DNA from: Zygnema circumcarinatum SAG 698-1b
Taxonomy: Eukaryota > Plantae > Zygnematophyceae
NCBI GenBank assembly: GCA_037447605.1
Contig: CM074811.1
Location: 1,488,001 to 1,552,000, forward strand
Reading direction: 5' to 3'
DNA length: 64,000 nucleotides
The notes under the pieces were generated by a model. The model had not been told where the DNA came from, did no database searches, and saw only the letters and a list, made by a program, of their open reading frames with translations. Shown piece after piece: positions 58,301-64,000 of the stretch. Numbering within the stretch: the first letter of the stretch is position 1; the number at the start of each line of letters is the position of its first letter. The translations under genes and the position numbers were made by a program.

Positions 58301-61300
58301 TTTTAGTGCGGGCAGATAAGACTTTGGGTGTAAGCGGCTAAACATTAAAATCGTTGTACTCAGGAAAGAAAGAGAGCGAAGACTGCAAAAAATAGCATTC
58401 AACAAACAGGCCTCGTTCTGAGCATGCTATGCTGACTCCACTGGACATGCAATATAGGCCTAAATTAGGCCTAGGATAGGGGGGGGCAAAGAAAGGCATA
58501 GCAACAGCACCTGGAAGCAGGCTTCTGTGTTGTCCTGCAGCTTGTCATCGTGCTTAAAAGTCACCATCACGCTCTTATCGCAGTCTACAGAGGGGAAGTA
58601 TATTTCTGCCGGAATTCTCCGATGAAAGTTACCAAAGTAGTCCAACACTGACAGGCCCTGCAGTACTCATCCTCCCCAACTGCATCCGAAATTAGAAAAA
58701 AGGCCTGTGGCAGGTATGAACTGGCAGAGAGCAGGAATATATGCGTATATACATATACATATACATATACACTGTAAGGAAAATAATCCATATAATCACT
58801 GAAGCATGACATAGAAGATCTGTGAAGAGGATAGTACAAAGTTGAAAGAGACTATTGTGCAGGATAGTCTCACCGTGCTGCAGCGGACTTTCATTACTGC
58901 TTCAAGTCCGGTCGGACGAATCACATTCCAGCGAAGATCGTTATACAGCTTCGCACTGTCGAACTGGGCACTGAAGGGCAGATAGAAGTAGAGCTGTAAC
59001 GCAGTCCCAACCTCTCCTTGGAGTTACAACACAGGGCTTCTCTCTCATGGCATGACGAGAAGCAATACAGCACAGTTTCGCCAGCCTGACTCCACTTCCA
59101 TGTCTTCTATTGCCTTTGTGTTTTTAATTTCTTTTGCTATCTACCTTCTTCCATATAATAGATTACCATGAAGTTTGGTAGAGTTGCCACATCACATTAG
59201 GTTCATTACATTGCAGTTTCCATCAAATCTGCAGCATAGCACGAGGCAAAAGCCTATCCTCCTTCAGAGAGTGAGCCCCACCTCTCCACCCGTGACTCGG
59301 GGAATGACTGCCAAAGATGCCACGTCCACATAGCTCTGTGCAGTAAGGAAAATATCCACTGAGACCTGCACAAAAGAACAGGGGAGCGCCCCACTTGGTT
59401 AGATCGCGTTCACTTCCCTCGAAACATAAATGGTCCACACAATGACCTCAAGATACACCTTCATGACATTTGATAGCTGCTCTTTGGCGGCTGAAGGAAG
59501 CCAAGTCTCACCTGAAAGTCCGCAAACTCTGCAGCCATAGTTTTCAAGGACTTGTCTGCAGGCTGCAAAAGCTTCTGGGCATCCTGCACAACCGCACCCT
59601 CCAACACAAACTCATCACTATGAATAACACAACGAGAAGTAACGAGCAAGAAAAGTAGCCATATCTCCCATTTCAGCTCCTTCCGCCTTTCATTTCATGC
59701 ACAGATACAAGCCCTTCCATGGAGACATCAACCTAGAAAACACTTCGCCAGCAGTGGCTTTATGTGTGTGCCTTAAAGGGGCCGCACCTTTTCATTGACG
59801 GGAGTTCCGGACCGGCCCTGCGCTTCCCGCGAGGCGAGGGAGCTCGCACCAAGGGATGGAAGAACTGCGAATGGCTATGAGGAAGGTAAAGCTCTCATAC
59901 AGAATTGAAGGAATTGAACATTCGTGAACAAGGAGGCTGGCAATGATGCTTTGAGCGGCATGTTGTTAAAAACTAGCTAAAAACCAATTTTTCAAAAGCA
60001 GAAAAAGCAGCGAAGAGACTTGTCACCAAGTCACCAGTCAAATAGGTCACACTTTGCCATAACGAGATTGACAACCTAGGAGAGTAATCCATACCTGATT
60101 GGAAGGCCAAGATCTTCCCGCCTGTTGATTTCATCGCCAGATACGCACCCTGTACAGAGGAGAGGAAGGGGGAAGGAGAGAGAGAGAGTGAGAGCAGGAG
60201 CGAGGGCGACGAGGGGAGCGTTTGGGAAGAAGAGAGGGAGAGGGAGCAGGAGAGCGAGCGGGGAACGAGTGGATGGGGGGGGAGGGGCGAGCAAGCGGCG
60301 GAGCGAAATGGCAAAGGTGGAAGAGGAGAGGGAGGAAGGAACGAGACAAAGGGTAAAGAAAAGGGCAGCGAAAGAGCGAGAGGTCTTGGAAAGACAGAAA
60401 TAGCAGGTCATGAAAATGTACACGTGAAAGAGTGCGTTCAGACCTTGAGAGCAGCCAGGAATGCAGAGTCCGCAACTCGCGTGCTCTGAAACATGGTCGG
60501 AACGCTCTCTATAAGCTGCTCAAGCCTCTCCTTCGCCTGCAAGCTCCTTCGGCAGAGACATTGGCATCAGAAAAGGGAAACAAACATCTGGACATGATGC
60601 TAGAACGAGGGTGCAAGCATGCATGCGTGCTTCCTAACCAAGATTGTAAACCATTTCTCGAGAACTTCCAGTATGTTCCCCAATTCCTATCACTGTTCGA
60701 CTAATATTCTCTGCTGTCCTTCTCTAGCTTTGAGCTACAATAATTGTCCAGTGTTTAAAATTCGTGGGCACATCTTCGACTCTTGCAACTCCAGGTAGGG
60801 TAAACGCCGAAATTCGCATGTTATGAAGAATCAACCTTTGGGCAGACTGGTCCTAATGTCCCACTCACCTCCGACAGTTTTACTACGAGATCGGATGGCA
60901 GGGGAGTGTACACGTCTTGAACATCAGGCACCACCAACATGGTTGGCTGCACATCACAACAAGGAACCACAAAATACCCTGTCGACTTTTAGCCTCCCGA
61001 TCACAACAGCGAGTTGACAAGCAAATTCCAGCTACTACAAACGCCATCAGTTACGGAAGCATTTTCGGAGTGAGCTGACTATACCTGCTGAAGGCGAGGA
61101 TTGAGGCTGTAGAACTGAATGGTGGAGTTGTAAGTGGCAAAGCCTACATAGGTCTCCTCTCCTGACTGTTCCAACCCCCCCTCTCAGATCAGATCATGCG
61201 AGCCTCATATAAATCCCCCGTGAGGGCACTTCGCTCAACATTAATGCAAGTGAAGATGGTGAGGAAAAATGCCAGTTCCTGAACTATCACCACAGAAACA

Positions 61301-63426
61301 AGAAAAGACAGTGGCAAGGAGAACAACAACAAAAAAAAAATCCAAACCATAAAAGGTCATCGCATGTGCACAGTCCCAAAAGCAAACAGTTTCAGTTTCA
61401 GTTCCAAATCTGATTATGCGGTTGGGAATGCGAGGAAATGACTGTTAAGAGTGCACAGACGACCAAATACGTGTCTATCTTTGCTGCCCTTTCTGCTGCG
61501 ATGAATCCCAGCTCACTCACTGGCAGTTCACTCAGAACGCGCTGAATGGCGCTGCATGCTGCTGCTGCCGCCCCAGTAGACACCGCGTTGACCGAGACAT
61601 CGACCAAGAAGAAGTACACCGCCGGCATGGGTGGACGTACCTGCGTCAAAAGTCACAGCACACATACACAGAGGAGCAATCAGCAAGCACCATGAAATGA
61701 CTGTTGCTTCGTGAACCAGAGAGAAAAAGCATTACACATGCACGCTCCATGCTAAACATGCCTTGTAGTCAGCTTTCTCCTGCTTCCTTCCTGCATTGTC
61801 GGCAAGTTGCGTTCTGAGGCTTCTGGTGAAGTTAACAGCATTGATAATACTGCAGCTGACAGTTATGACACCTGCAAGGTCCGGGAGTTCTCCCTCACCA
61901 TGTACTCATTCGGAGCTACAAACTCGACCGTGCCTCGTGAGAGTTCCGGCCGCTCGTCCGCATCTCGCCTCCGCCCGTCCGGCCCCAAGTTGCAGAGGTA
62001 GTCTGGGGGGGTCTCATTGGTGAAGGCTGGGCACCCCATCTCCCAGCAGCCGGTTAGCTAAAGAAGTAGGCATACATCAGACACAAACACCATAGTACTG
62101 TAAGTTTTTACCTACAATCCTTCAGCGGGCTTATCAAACAGTATTCAGCAGCTTGTGGCTTTAAAACAGAAGCAAAGATGGTGTCCTTTGTTTTTTAGAC
62201 GGGGTGTTGCTAAAGTACCACAAAGGTTGCAGATGAACCGCCGTCCTTGGTCAACAAACTTCATAAAGGGGTTGATATACGCCTTACACCGGCCACACCG
62301 AACAGGTCCCGACTCCTTGAAGTCCACTACCTGCGACTCAGGCGTGCCTTGCAGCCTTAAAAATCCTTTCATGTGTGAGAGAGCCTCCAAGAAAACACTC
62401 ACATCCCAATGTGTAGCCACATCACTCTTTTATCCTACTTCTCAACAGGGAAGATGTTTACCATTCACTGTCTGCCTCCTCAAACCCATATGCACAAATC
62501 TTCCATTGGTGCAGAAAACCTGCAGTAATATCTGCCATCCTTATCTCTACTACCCTCCATAACTCCCTCACCTGGATGGGCTCCTCTGAGGGGTCCTGCA
62601 ACGCTAGGGGCTGCACCATCAGCGCAAAAGGCATTGCTGACGTGTTGAGAAGGTCTCCCGAGCATGGAATCTGCCTCCTCCACAACAGACAGCATGAGCT
62701 GGTCAGCGTCGTCAGAGGCCAATATTGAAGAAGAGACCTTAAAGCCAGGAAATGATAGAACTGAGGGGATCATCTTTCAGCAGCATCTCGCTTATTCAGC
62801 ATATTCGTGTCCGTGACGACATTTTTCCAACGGCGAGCCGGAGCTATCACAACAAGGAACAATATTCCGAACAGTACAGATGTATTTTCATTCCACAGTA
62901 TACATGCCACTCCTCATATTCTTCCATTGAAAGAAAAGAGTTAAAATGTTTTTCTCTAGCTATTCTTTGCTTCACCTGGTTGAGAGTGCAGCGCATGAAG
63001 CGTGGGCTGCAGTTTCCCGTGTCTTTGACCAGAAACTGTGAGGTCGCTGGCTGATGATCCCATCCCAAAAATGCCACCCCAAATTCCAACACTCAGACCA
63101 AAAGTCAAACACGCATTCCAAGCGAGGGAAGGAGTCAACATCTCCACCTCAGTCTCATTCCCAAAATGACGGAAGCAAACAAGCAGAAAGGCAGCACTTA
63201 CCGGTGGAAGGTTGGCTGTTCCATCCACTCGCGTTTCGAATGTCCGCGCTAAGGAAGGCGCCTGTGGACGCGGAATTTGATTTGGGTCGATTCGAGAGGA
63301 GGGAGGCTGTTGGGGCATGGGGGCCTGCATGGTCCCCGGAAGGATGGGCGGAGCCGGGGGCACTCCTGCAGTAGGGAGAGAGGCCGCATTTCCAATGGGA
63401 GGGAGAGGAGGGGCAAGTCCAGTGGC
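55375..63426 (-). CDS. SEC24: COPII cargo adaptor Sec24 (SEC24C/D, CEF-like), multi-exon, 5' end not found in the window
   Basis: Traced exons encode SRIDPNQIPRP, GNCSPRFMRCTLNQ, the Zn finger RCGRCKAYINPF...CNLC, PAVYFFLVDVS, GGKILAFQS, LKLLPLYTL, LLENGED and the terminal LVEDRGLSGMSYVEFLVYVHRQIQNKMG* (stop at 55375-55377). Confidence 0.95.
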
Positions 63427-64000
63427 CTGCAAAGAAGGCGAAGCATAAGTTGGGTGACCTTGCAGCAGCAGGACAGGAGCCCAACAAGATCTGTATAGTT
63501 GCTTTGTACTTAACAGCAAAAGATTACACTGCCGCCCAGCTAAAAGGTCCCCACTCTGCCTGCCAGATGGGCGAATTTCTACAAGAAATAGCCATTCAAT
63601 ATTATTACAGCATCAATTGAAACAAAAACACGGGAAGGAGACACATAAACATGAAAAGACAGAGGGGAAGTGTGCTGGCCCATTAAGCAGCTACACATGG
63701 GTTCCATAATATGCATGCCCATAGTTTTTGTCAGCATTCCTCTAAATAAGAATAACCACTGACATGATTATTCATTCATTTGCATATGGGCCAGTCAAAG
63801 CCCTGGTTGCACTTTCTCTGGCATTGCGGATTGCAGCATAATTCCAACTAGCATTGACACGTATTAGGCTTAGGCCTATGCCTTTCCTGCACCATTTGGC
63901 CGAAGTTAAGGTTGGGGTTGGGATTGGTAGCTTTTGATCGGCCTAAGATATTTAAATTGCACGTAACAAGATAAGCTCGTTCCCACACAGAATCAGCTCG

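Overview
Eukaryotic, intron-rich, plant-lineage DNA. The gene set, GT-AG introns of 100-1700 bp and GA/CT microsatellite load suggest a streptophyte alga such as a Zygnematophyceae member; this is inference only. The supplied ORF track is largely misleading, so I built spliced models by hand and checked their phases. From left to right the window holds: the 3' part of an intact Ty1/Copia element with its 3' LTR, inserted into a 27-bp tandem array; a transposon-like block (about 4.07-6.9 kb) carrying three copies of a tRNA-Cys-like cloverleaf, two direct and one inverted; a partial tandem duplication of an RHF2A-like RING-H2 gene whose 5' copy reads in frame into a Gypsy-Gag-like zinc knuckle; the full RING-H2 gene; a 14-exon formin whose FH2 domain is split by a roughly 560-aa charged insert; a 132-bp MITE; an LRB/POB1-like BTB-BACK gene; EEF1AKMT1; nitrate reductase; a 1954-aa low-complexity protein resembling the m6A-writer subunit HIZ2/FLACC; VMA12/TMEM199; and a 5'-truncated SEC24 on the minus strand. 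The best leads are the tRNA-like cassette family, the RING-Gag chimera, the split-FH2 formin and the vascular-plant-type regulatory motifs in nitrate reductase.
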